Source: Planctomycetota bacterium (lineage in GTDB: Bacteria > Planctomycetota > PUPC01 > JACPCR01). From it: 64,000 nucleotides of DNA. The stretch is from assembly GCA_016179685.1 (NCBI GenBank), contig JACPCR010000051.1, forward strand, positions 137,965-201,964, written 5' to 3'. The notes under the pieces were generated by a model. The model worked only from the letters and a program-made list of their open reading frames with translations. It had not been told where the DNA came from and did not search any database. Positions 1-10,600 of this stretch are shown here, piece by piece (positions within the stretch are counted from its first letter, which is position 1; the number at the start of each line of letters is the position of its first letter). The translations under genes were made by a program, and so were the position numbers.

Positions 1-2
1 GG

Positions 3-392
3 ACCGCCGCCGGAATCTTCCTGGCCAAGATGGAGGGGCAGAAATCCATCGCCAATCCCTATAAGATGCCCGCGTCTTATTACGACCGCGTACAGCCCTG
101 GATCGCCGCCCTGATGTACGGCAACCGATATATGGCTCTCGCGGAGCTTTATCGGAGCGCCCGCGTCTTCGAGGGCAACAGGGACCGCTACCTGTCCATC
201 TACCTCAACGAGACGATCATCCGCCGGACAGCTCGCATCAATACCCGCCTTCAGGATATGTCCGTGAACCTGGCCGACCTCGATCGGCAGGAGCTGGGTG
301 ACATCATTTCCGTTTCGGTCGCCACGATGGTGGGCAAGCAGATGTACCGCCTGAACGACGACGAGAAGGTTCTGGAAAAGAAGAAGCTATGA
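3..392 (+). CDS. Hypothetical protein, 5'-truncated by the window edge
   Basis: Frame is open from position 3 (TAAGIFLAKMEG...) to TGA 390-392, which overlaps the MoxR ATG (ATGA). No recognisable motif. Confidence 0.7.
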   Translation, partial: TAAGIFLAKMEGQKSIANPYKMPASYYDRVQPWIAALMYGNRYMALAELYRSARVFEGNRDRYLSIYLNETIIRRTARINTRLQDMSVNLADLDRQELGDIISVSVATMVGKQMYRLNDDEKVLEKKKL

Positions 393-1387
393 ATCCCCGT
401 TCCGTCGAGGAGCAGGCCGCTGAAATTCGAGACAGCCTCCAGCGGGTGCGCGGTGAGATGGCCCGCGTCATTGTCGGCATGGAAGAAGTGATCGACCAGC
501 TCCTCGTGGCGCTCCTGGCCGGGGGGCACGTCTTGCTCGAAGGGGTGCCAGGACTCGGCAAGACGCTGCTGGCCAGGACACTGAGCCGGGTGCTCGGCCT
601 GGAGACCCAGCGCATCCAGTTCACGCCGGACCTGATGCCGGCGGACATCCTGGGCGGGCACGTGCTGGTGGAGGACGGCAGGCCGCGCGTGGAATTCGTC
701 AAGGGACCCGTGTTCACACAGGTCCTCCTGGCAGACGAGATCAACCGGTGCACGCCGAAGACCCAGGCCGCGCTCCTCGAGGCCATGCAGGAGCACGCGG
801 TGACCATCGGGGGCAAGCGCATGGCCCTGCACGAGCCGTTCTTCACCCTGGCGACCCAGAATCCTATCGAGATGGAGGGTACCTACCCGTTACCGGAAGC
901 CCAGTTGGACCGGTTTTTCTTCAAGGTCCTGGTGGCCCGGCCGGACCTGCCCCGGTTGAGGGAGATCGGCCGCCGGACCACTGGGCCGGCGGCCGAGGAA
1001 GCCCGGACGGTGCTCGGCGGCGAGCCCGTGCTCGCGATGCAACGATTCGTGCGGGAGGTGCCGGTGCCCCAGGTCGTCGAAGACTACGCCGCACGCCTGA
1101 TCCTGGCCTCCTCGCCGGATGAACCCTCTGCTCCGGAAAAGGTACGGGAATTCGTCCGGTACGGTGCCAGTCCCAGGGGTATGCAGGCGCTCATGCTCGG
1201 CAGCCGTATCGCCGCCCTCTTGGCCGGCCGGTTCAGCGCCTCCACCCAAGACGTCCGGCAAGTCGCCCTCCCCGCTCTCCGACACCGGCTGATCCTCAAC
1301 TTCGAGGCGGATGCCGAAAACGTGAAGCCCGACGACCTCCTTCGAGGCCTCCTCGAAACGGTCCCCGCGCCGGGCCAGGCCCGCTGA
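389..1387 (+). CDS. MoxR-family AAA+ ATPase
   Basis: Walker A GVPGLGKT, RIQFTPDLMPADILG, Walker B LLADEINR, ATQNPIEMEGTYPLPEAQLDRF, GASPR. Confidence 0.96.
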   Translation: MNPRSVEEQAAEIRDSLQRVRGEMARVIVGMEEVIDQLLVALLAGGHVLLEGVPGLGKTLLARTLSRVLGLETQRIQFTPDLMPADILGGHVLVEDGRPRVEFVKGPVFTQVLLADEINRCTPKTQAALLEAMQEHAVTIGGKRMALHEPFFTLATQNPIEMEGTYPLPEAQLDRFFFKVLVARPDLPRLREIGRRTTGPAAEEARTVLGGEPVLAMQRFVREVPVPQVVEDYAARLILASSPDEPSAPEKVREFVRYGASPRGMQALMLGSRIAALLAGRFSASTQDVRQVALPALRHRLILNFEADAENVKPDDLLRGLLETVPAPGQAR

Positions 1388-1401
1388 GATTCCGACCGCG
1401 C

Positions 1402-3846
1402 ATGCGCCATGACGTTGAGATTCCGTATTCCATTTCCAAGCCTCCCGACTTGAAGCTTACTCTACTGGCGCTCACTGTCCTTCTGGCGCTCGCACTCGCT
1501 CCTGCCGGGAGTCCGGCCCCGCCCCCAGACCTCGATGAGGAAGCGGTCCAGCGATGCCTCGCGGCCCTGCGGGCCGACCCGTTCCTCGATGGGCCGTTCA
1601 ACCGGCTGGTGGACCTTTATCGCCGTGCGGGCCGCCTCGATGACATGGAAGCGGACCTGAGCGTTCGAGTGGGAGATCGGACCTGGGGACAGGCCGGGCC
1701 TCCCTTGATCGCCCGCGTCCAACTCCGGGCCGGCCGGCCGGAGGCCGCCCGACAGACCGTGCTGGACGCCTTGTCGGTCTGGCCGGAGTCCCCCGACTTG
1801 TGGGAATGGCGGTCCAGGATCGACGAAGGCCAGGGGCGTCCATCCGATGCCCTCGAGGCCGCCGAGTCCGCCTTACGAGTCGCTGGGGCCGGTTCGAGAC
1901 GGCTTCGCCTGGTCGAGCGCCAGGCGAGTCTCTTCTTCAAGCTGAATCAGCCGAAAAAGGCCGCTGAAGCCCTGATCGGGGAACTGCGCCAGTCGCCCGC
2001 CGACTCCATTCTTTTCAAACGAGTGATACGCCCTCTGCAGGAACACCTCTGCTGGGATGAAGCCTTGGCCGCCGTGGAGACTCATCGGAACGCTCTACCC
2101 GAAGGAAGCCCGGACACCGTCCAGGCCCGGCTCGTCCAAGCCGAAATCCTCTGGGAATCCGGCCGATATGCGGATTCCCTCGAGGCCGTTCAGTCCCTGA
2201 TGTCCTCTCTGCCGCCGGACCGGGCAGAGTGGACGCAAGCCCTGGAATCCTTGCTCGGATTCAAGAGTCGGCTTGAGTTTGTCCCGGCCATCAACGAATT
2301 TCTGAGAAATGCGGTTCGTTCTTCGCCGGACCCGAAATGGAGGATTGCGCTGGCCCGTTTCGGCATTTTGACCGGTGAGGAGCGGGCGGCCCGGGCGGCC
2401 CTATCTCCCTGGGAGCGGGGCCCGGTGGAGGCATGGGGTGAAGGTGGCGAGGGGCAGGCCGTGCAAGCCCGCGCGGAGTGTGCGGCCGAGGTGGCCCGGC
2501 TCTGGGCGCGGCTCGGCGAGGGGGCCGAGGCGATCCGATGGCTCGAATACGCTTCGGAACTTCAGCCGCGCCGGACGGATCTCCTCCTCGAGCTCGCGGG
2601 TCTGTGCGGCCACGCCGGAGATGTCGAACGGCAGCGGGCGATCGCCCGGAATGTCCTCCAGGTCGCTCCAGAGTCCCACGATGCCGTGCGCGCGCGTCGC
2701 AACCTGTATTCGAGCTTCCTCGGCGAAGGCGTGGAGCTTTTCCGCACCCGTCGGCCGCAGGATGCAACCGCGCCCTTGCGGCAGGCGGGCGACTTCGCCG
2801 AGAACGATTGGGAGGAGGCAGAGGCGGCCTTATGGCTCGCGCTCGCCCTCGAACAGGCCGGGATGCATGGGTCCGGATCGGCCTGGCCTGACCCGGCCGA
2901 AATTCCCGCGCGCGCGCGGCTGCGGCCGATGCCGGGCCTGGAGATCGCCGCCCGGCAAGCCCGCCGCTTCGCCCGGCCGCCAAAGCTCGATCCGGCCAGC
3001 GTGCAGGAGCAACCGTCCCATGACTCCCGGCTCGTTTGGACGTTCGAGCCGGTGAATCCGGAAAACCCGGTCGTCGCCGCCTTGGCCCTCGGCGATTTCG
3101 CCGTGGGTCAACTGGCCTCCGGGTCGCTCGTGGGCATCGAACTCTCCACGGGCCTGCCGCGCTGGACGAGCCCGTCGCCGCGGGGCGTGCCGCTGGCGGG
3201 CCGACTCCGGGGCGCAGAGGGGTGCGTGCTGGAGGCCGATGGGCCTGCGCTCAGGGCGCGGATGGCTTCGGACGGCATCGTGTCTTGGGAACGGCCTTTG
3301 AAGGGCCTGCCCCTCTCTTTCGACGCCGCTGAAGACGTGGCCGCGGCCCTCACCGAGGAGGGGTGGATCGAGGTCTTCGGACTCGGCAACGGAAAAAGCC
3401 TCTGGCAGCACCCCATCAAGTTGTTCCTGGAGGACCACCAGGACATGACGCCGGAATTGCACGTGCGCCGAAACCAGGTCACGGTAGCCTCCGGCCCCAT
3501 CCTGTCGGCCTTCGATGCGGCCTCCGGAGAGTTCCTCTGGCAATGGATTCCTGATGTCGCCGGGTCGTGGAATGACTCCTTTCACAGCTTCCACTGGACG
3601 AAACACGGGATCGAGGCGCAACGGCACTCCGGGGACCGATGGGTTTTCTGGAACGACCATCCTCTGGCGTTTGTCGAGATTCCCGCGCTGAAGTCCTCCG
3701 AGACGAGGACAGCGGCCGGGGACGGGCCTTCTACCGAGTTGGCCGAAGAGGCCGAAGGGTGGCCGGCCGGGCCGCACCCCTGGCGCGTGAAGGTGAGCCG
3801 CGAGGGTTCGCTTCACGCGTATCAAGATGCCGGAAGCATGCCGTAG
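1402..3846 (+). CDS. Exported TPR-repeat protein with C-terminal PQQ/BamB-like beta-propeller
   Basis: Hydrophobic signal-like stretch LTLLALTVLLALALAPA (true start may be TTG near 1450), helical TPR-like repeats, propeller blades such as ELSTGLPRW, GNGKSLW, AFDAASGEFLW. Confidence 0.8.
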   Translation: MRHDVEIPYSISKPPDLKLTLLALTVLLALALAPAGSPAPPPDLDEEAVQRCLAALRADPFLDGPFNRLVDLYRRAGRLDDMEADLSVRVGDRTWGQAGPPLIARVQLRAGRPEAARQTVLDALSVWPESPDLWEWRSRIDEGQGRPSDALEAAESALRVAGAGSRRLRLVERQASLFFKLNQPKKAAEALIGELRQSPADSILFKRVIRPLQEHLCWDEALAAVETHRNALPEGSPDTVQARLVQAEILWESGRYADSLEAVQSLMSSLPPDRAEWTQALESLLGFKSRLEFVPAINEFLRNAVRSSPDPKWRIALARFGILTGEERAARAALSPWERGPVEAWGEGGEGQAVQARAECAAEVARLWARLGEGAEAIRWLEYASELQPRRTDLLLELAGLCGHAGDVERQRAIARNVLQVAPESHDAVRARRNLYSSFLGEGVELFRTRRPQDATAPLRQAGDFAENDWEEAEAALWLALALEQAGMHGSGSAWPDPAEIPARARLRPMPGLEIAARQARRFARPPKLDPASVQEQPSHDSRLVWTFEPVNPENPVVAALALGDFAVGQLASGSLVGIELSTGLPRWTSPSPRGVPLAGRLRGAEGCVLEADGPALRARMASDGIVSWERPLKGLPLSFDAAEDVAAALTEEGWIEVFGLGNGKSLWQHPIKLFLEDHQDMTPELHVRRNQVTVASGPILSAFDAASGEFLWQWIPDVAGSWNDSFHSFHWTKHGIEAQRHSGDRWVFWNDHPLAFVEIPALKSSETRTAAGDGPSTELAEEAEGWPAGPHPWRVKVSREGSLHAYQDAGSMP

Positions 3847-3939
3847 TAGACGAGTTTGCAAGTGCGGATGCAGTTGCAAACTCGTCTACTCGTATCCCTA
3901 TTCAGAAGTGCGGGTGCACTTCTGAATAGGGATACGAGT
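3845..3939. repeat. Two tandem REP-like palindromes (family A)
   Basis: 17-bp perfect IR agtagacgagtttgcaa 3845-3861/3874-3890, then 24-bp perfect IR 3888-3911/3916-3939 with GGGT loop. Confidence 0.9.
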
Positions 3940-3959
3940 TCCTGTAGCGGAAGAAGTAG

Positions 3960-4466
3960 ATGAAGACCTACAGGCCTTCCATGTTCGCACGAGGGTTTTT
4001 CCTGGCCATCCGAGGCGGAAATGCCTGGACACATCTTTTGCCCGGCATCTTGACGCCACTCTGCCTCGCCGCGGGCTGCCAAACCGCGGCCGGGCCATTC
4101 CTCGGCGTCCCTGAAGATCAGGATGTCCGGATCGAAGACCGGCAGTCCGCCCTCTTCGGCACGGTCACCCTGACCCGGGTTCAGCTCCGGGACTACCAGA
4201 CCTATCTTGCCCTCAAGCGTGACGAGCTGATCAGCGAGGAGGAGACCAGGGACGGTTACGTCTATTACGCCGTGGACGAGATTCGACACCTCCCGACAGG
4301 TTCCCTGAAGAGCGGTTCGCCCGGCGGGGCCTTCGTGACCGTTCGGGAAAGATACCGCGCCAGGATACCCGATGGAGACGGCAGCGCTCCCACCGGCGGT
4401 GCTGGCGCATCACCGGCCGAGGGTCAGGGGATCACGGGCCGGGGACTCGATAGCAACGACGAGTAG
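3960..4466 (+). CDS. Putative lipoprotein, hypothetical
   Basis: Hydrophobic segment ending in lipobox-like LAAG|C, located within the MoxR-DUF58 operon. Start uncertain (3960 or 3981). Confidence 0.65.
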   Translation: MKTYRPSMFARGFFLAIRGGNAWTHLLPGILTPLCLAAGCQTAAGPFLGVPEDQDVRIEDRQSALFGTVTLTRVQLRDYQTYLALKRDELISEEETRDGYVYYAVDEIRHLPTGSLKSGSPGGAFVTVRERYRARIPDGDGSAPTGGAGASPAEGQGITGRGLDSNDE

Positions 4467-4508
4467 ACGAGCTTGTCAATGCGGGTGCACTGACGAGCTC
4501 ATCGACTC
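4461..4508. repeat. REP-like palindrome (family A), degenerate
   Basis: gagtagacgagcttgtcaatgc-gggt-gcactgacgagctcatcgactc. Its GTAG supplies the upstream stop codon 4464-4466. Confidence 0.8.
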
Positions 4509-4529
4509 TGGCAGCGCGAGTAGAAGGTC

Positions 4530-5393
4530 ATGGCACTTTTTGAACGCTCGTTCTTCTCCCAGCTTCACGGCCTGCGAATCGTCTCGCGCCGGCTGGCCCA
4601 AGGCCGGCTTTTCGGCGAGGCGAGGGGACTGCGCACCGGCCGTGCGGGCGAGTTCGCCGACCACCGGCGCTATGTGCCGGGAGACGATTTCCGCAGCATC
4701 GACTGGCCAGCCTACGGGCGGCTGCGCAAACCGTTCGTGAAGCTCTCCGAGTCCCGGGAGGAAAGGCCGGTCACCCTGGCGCTTGACGCCAGCGCGTCGA
4801 TGCGATTCGGCCAACCGCCGCGGTGGGACTACGCGCGCCGGCTGGCCGCCGCCCTGGCCTTCGTCGCCCTCGACAGCCGGGAACGAGTCACCATCCTCCG
4901 GTTCGCGGAGCGGCCGGAGGCGCTGATGCCTTCGCTCCACGGGTCCGGAAAGTTCCGGGAGCTGTGCGGCCGGCTCGAATCGGCATCGCTCTCGGGACGC
5001 GGCAGCGTCTCCAACTGCCTGGCCTTTCTTCCCGCTTTCTGCCCCGGACGCGGACTCATCATCGTGATCTCCGATTTCCTGGACTCCCGCGAGGCCGGCC
5101 GAGCCCTGTCGACCCTGGCCGGCACGCGCCACGAAATCATCCTCCTTCACCTCTTCACCCCCTGGGAAGCCATGCCGGAGCTTCCCGGCGATTGGGAGCT
5201 GGAGGACATGGAGACCGGAGAGACCGTTCCGGTAGACGGGGGGGACACCGCGATGGCCGCGTATCGAGGCCGATTTCGGGCTCTGTCCGAGAAGCTGCGG
5301 TCGCTGGCCCTGCGCCGCGGGATGCACTACGTGATGGCCTCGACCGGCGTGCCCGAGGCCACCCGGGTACGCGGTCTGCTCAACAGCTTATGA
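4530..5393 (+). CDS. DUF58 / VWA-like MoxR partner protein
   Basis: GEFADHRRYVPGDDFRSIDW signature, MIDAS-like DASASM, ISDF, LEDMETGE. Confidence 0.93.
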   Translation: MALFERSFFSQLHGLRIVSRRLAQGRLFGEARGLRTGRAGEFADHRRYVPGDDFRSIDWPAYGRLRKPFVKLSESREERPVTLALDASASMRFGQPPRWDYARRLAAALAFVALDSRERVTILRFAERPEALMPSLHGSGKFRELCGRLESASLSGRGSVSNCLAFLPAFCPGRGLIIVISDFLDSREAGRALSTLAGTRHEIILLHLFTPWEAMPELPGDWELEDMETGETVPVDGGDTAMAAYRGRFRALSEKLRSLALRRGMHYVMASTGVPEATRVRGLLNSL

Positions 5394-5398
5394 GCCCG

Positions 5399-5444
5399 AG
5401 TAGACGAATTCGCGAGTGCGGGTGCACTTGCGAATTCGTCTACT
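5399..5444. repeat. REP-like palindrome (family A), may act as terminator between convergent genes
   Basis: 21-bp IR agtagacgaattcgcgagtgc / gcacttgcgaattcgtctact with one G-T pair, GGGT loop. Confidence 0.85.
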
Positions 5445-5661
5445 GCACGTCTATTTCAGCGGCCTGCATCTTGGCCTGCAACTTGCCCTCTTCCATCCGG
5501 CCAACAAGATTCTTGCTCGCGTCGCCTGGTCTTCCCAGGAAGAGTAAAAGCCAGCAGGAGCTTCCGCAGGACCCTACGGTAGGCGCTCCCAGGATGCGGC
5601 ATTCGCCGGTGACGAAGGGAGAAAAACGCCAAACTCCGAAGCGCCAATCATGGGCGGTGCG

Positions 5662-7611
5662 TTAGAACGGGAGCTGGGTGATCGCCGACTTGATCAGCTT
5701 GAAGGCGATTCCGGTCATACCGATGAGGCCGAGGCCGCATCCGTATCCAGCGGCAAGGATTGGGGTGTACTGACTCCAGGCCTTTTCGCCGAACTTTTTC
5801 GCGAAGTAATACCGGCCCAGGAGGGCTGCGCCGAATTCGGGGATGAATCCGATGGCGTTGCCGGCCAGGCCGCGCACGGTGCCCCACAGGAACAGCTCGG
5901 GCAGCTTGAAGAAAGCGAGCAGCGGGAACGTCACGAGGACATAAACGACGCCCCAGAAGATGAAAAGCGGCTTGATCACGCTCATGAAAAAGTCGTTGCC
6001 GGTGGTGCTCGCCGTCCACCAGAGGCAGCCGTTGAACGCCCTCGGGGGCCAGAATTTCACGGCATTGGGATAGCTGGATGACGGGATTTCCCCCATTTTC
6101 CAGATCAAGGACCAGAACAGGATGCCGACGAAGACGGCCAGGGGAATGGCGATGACCTGGGCCTTGAACACGCTCGAAAACTTCGTCCCCGTAAGCTCGC
6201 ACTCCCGAAACCATTGGGCCGATCCGCCGGCGTCCCCGATCGGAATGGGCGCGTTCCAGATGTCCACTCCCTTGTAGCCCGTCAGCAGGATCGACGACTC
6301 CTTGACGAGCGGGAAGCCCGTGCCGTGCCCGGTGAGGCCGACCATCCGTGCGGAGACGTAGGAGACCATGGGAGTGTAGACGAAACCGAAGAACAGCAGA
6401 ATCCAAATGGGGAACTTGGGGACGAGGTAGTGGCAGATGATGATGGTTCCGGTGGTGGAGACGACGTAGAAGAGCAGCGCCATGAGGATGGGGATGTCCC
6501 CGCGGCCCAGCGGCGCCGGGATGAACTTTCGGTCGCCTCCCTCGCTTCGTCTTTCCTTCCAGGATTTTCTCAGCGAGCGGCCAACGGACCAGAATCCGAT
6601 CAGGGCCGTGCCAATCGCCGTGCCGATGCCGAAGCTCAACCAGAAGTCCAGCGTGTTGGCCTGGCCCGTGTCGATGACATCCATTCCGGGCTTCCACGTC
6701 GTCAAGACCCCCGTGTGGTGCAGGATGGGGTTCAAGATGAGCTGCCCGAGCACGGCGGCGAAGAAGCTCCCGGCCACCATCCAGAAGGGAAGCACGAAAC
6801 CGATGAAGATGATGCCGATGTTGGTTCCGATGGCGACAGGAACCGAAGGCAGGATCTTTTCAAAGTTCACGGTAAAATCCTTGAACGGGATGGGGATAAT
6901 GGTCAATTCGCGGTCGAAGACCACCCCGGTGACCGTTGGCACGCCGATGTAGACCGCCCCGTAGGCGAGTCCGATGGCGGCCCCGATGGTGAAGCAGCGC
7001 CAGCGCCAGGTCTGCTTCTCCGATTCTGCCAGCGCCGTGATACCCTGGGCGTTGATCGGGGCCATCGGGAACGGAAGGCGTTCGACGTCGGAGGTGATAC
7101 GGAACAGGGCGTATCCGAGGGAATAGAAGTTGAGCTGGCCCCAGACGATGAAAGTAGCCATCAGCGTCAGGTGGGGCCACCAGTCGTGGTGCAGCAGCGA
7201 GCGCAAGGCGTAGGCATCGGACCCGGGCGGTGGAGCGACCCAGAGCGGAATGCGGTCGCCGATCTCGAACATTTCGGCTGCGGGCGACTGCACGAAGAAC
7301 TGCATCCAGATGAACGAACCGATGCCGCCCTGGCCCAGGATGGTTCCCGTGAAGGCGAAGAGGATGAAAATCTCCTGCTTCCCCAGCTCCCGCCGGCATC
7401 GCTTCGCGATCTCCAGGAAAAGGATGAGGGTGACCCATTGGGAGACGCCGCCCAGGCTTTCACCCACCATGAGTCCCATGAACATGTCGCCCGGGACGAT
7501 CAGGAATCCCACGAACAGGCCGCCGAGCACGGCCATCCAGCCGAACCCATCCTTGTATTCCTTGATCTCCTCCGGAGCTTCCGGAGGCTTCTGGCTCTCG
7601 GTTTGTTCCAT
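5662..7611 (-). CDS. Multi-pass membrane protein, OPT/oligopeptide-transporter-like
   Basis: 649 aa with more than 12 hydrophobic helices and ERLPFP, APIP, YPN motifs. Starts 12 bp after the FtsX fusion stop. Confidence 0.8.
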   Translation of the reverse strand: MEQTESQKPPEAPEEIKEYKDGFGWMAVLGGLFVGFLIVPGDMFMGLMVGESLGGVSQWVTLILFLEIAKRCRRELGKQEIFILFAFTGTILGQGGIGSFIWMQFFVQSPAAEMFEIGDRIPLWVAPPPGSDAYALRSLLHHDWWPHLTLMATFIVWGQLNFYSLGYALFRITSDVERLPFPMAPINAQGITALAESEKQTWRWRCFTIGAAIGLAYGAVYIGVPTVTGVVFDRELTIIPIPFKDFTVNFEKILPSVPVAIGTNIGIIFIGFVLPFWMVAGSFFAAVLGQLILNPILHHTGVLTTWKPGMDVIDTGQANTLDFWLSFGIGTAIGTALIGFWSVGRSLRKSWKERRSEGGDRKFIPAPLGRGDIPILMALLFYVVSTTGTIIICHYLVPKFPIWILLFFGFVYTPMVSYVSARMVGLTGHGTGFPLVKESSILLTGYKGVDIWNAPIPIGDAGGSAQWFRECELTGTKFSSVFKAQVIAIPLAVFVGILFWSLIWKMGEIPSSSYPNAVKFWPPRAFNGCLWWTASTTGNDFFMSVIKPLFIFWGVVYVLVTFPLLAFFKLPELFLWGTVRGLAGNAIGFIPEFGAALLGRYYFAKKFGEKAWSQYTPILAAGYGCGLGLIGMTGIAFKLIKSAITQLPF

Positions 7612-7623
7612 GGCGTTTCTCTA

Positions 7624-10600
7624 TCAGGCTTTCTTGGACTCCGTCACGGCCGCCGCGGCCTCCGCTTCGCGCTGCCGGCGAGACTCTTCGGCCTCCTCGG
7701 CTCGCCGATGCGCTTCGAGCACCTCCGCCGGCGGCTGGCGTCCCAACAGCTCGTAGCCCCGGACCGTCAGTTCCCGCTTGTAACCCGCCTCCACCAGCCT
7801 CCAGATCAGGAGCTGCTTGCGGAGGTCCCTGAAGAATCCGGTATTCATCCGCCGCCACGTGTCGACCTCGCCCGACTCCCGATGGATGTGGAAGCGCAGC
7901 ACGTCCACCTTCGCATCGTCCGGCGCTTCCCGCGTTTCGATCTGCACCCGCTGGCTGATGCCCATGTCGAGCGGCGCGATCCAGACCAGGCTGTTGAGCG
8001 AATAGATGGGCTGGCCTGCCTCCTCCACCATTGAAAACTGGGTCTGGTCGGCGCAGAACCGGCCGATGGAGTCCTCGTCATGCGCCCGGAAGTAGTCGTA
8101 GAGGAAGAGGTTGAGAGCCACGGCCTCCGCCTTGCTGACCGTGAAGGGGAAGTCGAAGACCCACTCATCGCCGACGGGCTTGGGCAGCTTCAACTTACGG
8201 GTCTCGTCCGGCACGGAGATTTCGGCGGCCTTCTTGGCGGGGAAGAGGGTGGACAGAATGACGGTGGCCACGACGACGAGGGTCGTGACGACGGCCGAGG
8301 TGGAGGAATAGTTCACGCTGAGGTCGGTCCAGATGTTGAACCGGACGATCATTCGGGCGATGACCTGTCCGAGGAGGTAGCCGATGATCGAGCCCATGGT
8401 CGCGTAGACGCAGGATTCGGCGAGGAAGAGGGCGCTGATATGGACGGGGGCGAGCCCGACGGCGGCATAGATGCCGATCTCGCGGGTCCGTTCATAGACC
8501 GATCCGAGCATGGTATTGAAAACGATCAAAGCGGCGATGAGGATGGGCACGAAGAGACCGCGCAGGCCCTGAACCGACTGCCCGCTCCTCGAGCTATAGA
8601 GGCGCACCTGGCCCTGGCCCGTTTTCGAGCTTTTCATGCCGGCGAAAAGGATCAGCTTGAGACGCCGGACGTAGTCCTCCAGGAAATGGTCCAGCTCCGC
8701 GCTGGTCCGGTTATCCAGCTTGACGGCCAGGGACCGGATGGAAGCGCCGAGCTGGACGGAGAGGCCGGACGGGATGATCAGGACGTTATCGCCCTCGAGG
8801 TGGATGTACAGCTCCGGCAAGGTCTCCTCCGATGCGGCGGAGTCCTGTCCGCCGGACGCCCGCGCTTGTTCCGCCTGGTCCTTCCTCGACTGCATTTCGA
8901 TGAAGTCCACGGGCGTCAGGGGCTCGTTATCCAGGTCCCGCGTCTCATAGAAGGCCCCGCCATCCACCAGGCCGACGACACGGTATTCGTCGCCGGAGAC
9001 GCGCACGGCCTCGCGGCCCGGCACAAAGTCGTCCTGCTGGATTCCCAGAAACTCGGCCATCCTCTTGGGCAGGATGCAGACGAACTGGCCACGGTTCTCC
9101 TCCTCGGTGAACCATCGGCCTGCGAGGAGCTGGGGCCGCGACACCTCGGCCTCCGCGGGGCTCAGTCCCACGAGCGCCTGGGCCGAGTAGGTGCGTTCGG
9201 GGTCCTCCGCGTGGCGCACCTCGAGGGCCAGAGTGTCCCCCACCTGGGGGGCCGTCTTCCACGTCCGCAGGGCGATTTTCGCGTCGGGGCTGGTCCGGAA
9301 GTAATCCGCGATGCTGTAATACGCATGTTCCTCGAGGGGGCCCCAGTCCCTGCGGCGCAGGAGGACCCCCTGGTACGTCGCGGCATAGCTCGTCTCGACC
9401 TTGTTGAACACCAGGCCCGTGTCGAAGCTGGTGAAGGACATCACGGTGAAGGTCAGCAAGATGAGCGTGGCGCACGTCAGGACGGTCCGCATCTTGCGCC
9501 GGCGCATGTTGGAGATGCCCAGGATGAAGGCGGCCACCGCCGCGCTCCCCCGGGCCACGTCCGTGCCGTGGATCGCCGCCGTCTTCTCCCGGATTTTGGC
9601 CATCTGCGCGTTGAACTTGTTGAGGACGATCAGCGTCACCATCCCGCCCAGGGCCAGCGTGAAAAAGCCATCCAGAATGATCACCGGCGTCTGGGAGATG
9701 CGAAAGGCCGGATGGACGAAGTGGAGCACGACATAGACGGCCATGAAGAAGACGGCAATCCCGCAGAGCTGTTTCCGCAGGTCCGCGAAGGCGAAGAAGA
9801 GACGCTCGGCGAAGAAGGCGAACGGCAGAAGAATGGCAAAATAGAAGATGATCCCCCGGACCACGTCGTTCGCCGTGCTCTGAACATCCGGATACGCCCG
9901 GCCCTCGAGCGCCCATGCCTCCCGGGCCAGGTTCAGGAACTCGTCATACCGCCGCGCTTCCCGGCTCTTCCCGGCCGCCTGAAGCTTCTCCTCCGCGAGA
10001 CGGTGAAGGTCGCTCACCTGCTTGTTTCGAATCCCGGTCTTGCGCAGCTTTTCCATCCGGGACTGGTCCAGATTCCACATGTCCTTCGCGGCCTGGTAAG
10101 GCGAAAAGGGAAGGGTCTGTTCCCGGGCGGCCCGCAGGGGGAAGCCCCGTCCCTCTGCGTATTTCTCGTCCGTCTCGTCCGTGTTGAGCAGCGTGAACTT
10201 CGAGCCGAAGAGGCCCGCGCTCAGGATGAGCTTCACGTCGACATCCGGTTCGGCGAACACCACGGCGCAGGGCTCGGAATAGGACGATCCCCGGCTCTGC
10301 CCGAGGAACTGCGCGTAATACTTCGGCGCGGTGTTGGACTTCGCATCCAGGACCGTCAATTCCTTGAGGGTGGTGAAGTAGAGCTGGTCCAGGAGATCGA
10401 AGACCATGAACGACGAGCAGGGGAAGAGCGGCAGCCGCTGGTCCGGATTCCGTTCCCTCCGCCGGGCGCCCGAGGTGGCATGCGCCGACAGGGCCCGTTC
10501 GCTCCAGGAGCGGGTCTGGCCCCTGAACCGGAAGACGGCCCCCTTGTTGCCGACGAGATTGGCGATGCGTTCCACGCTCCCGTCCTTGCGGTCGAGCAGG

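Noticed and set aside
3845-5444. Family A palindromes as CRISPR repeats or plain rho-independent terminators
   Set aside because: They are dispersed rather than arrayed, lack U-tracts, and several lie inside an apparent operon.
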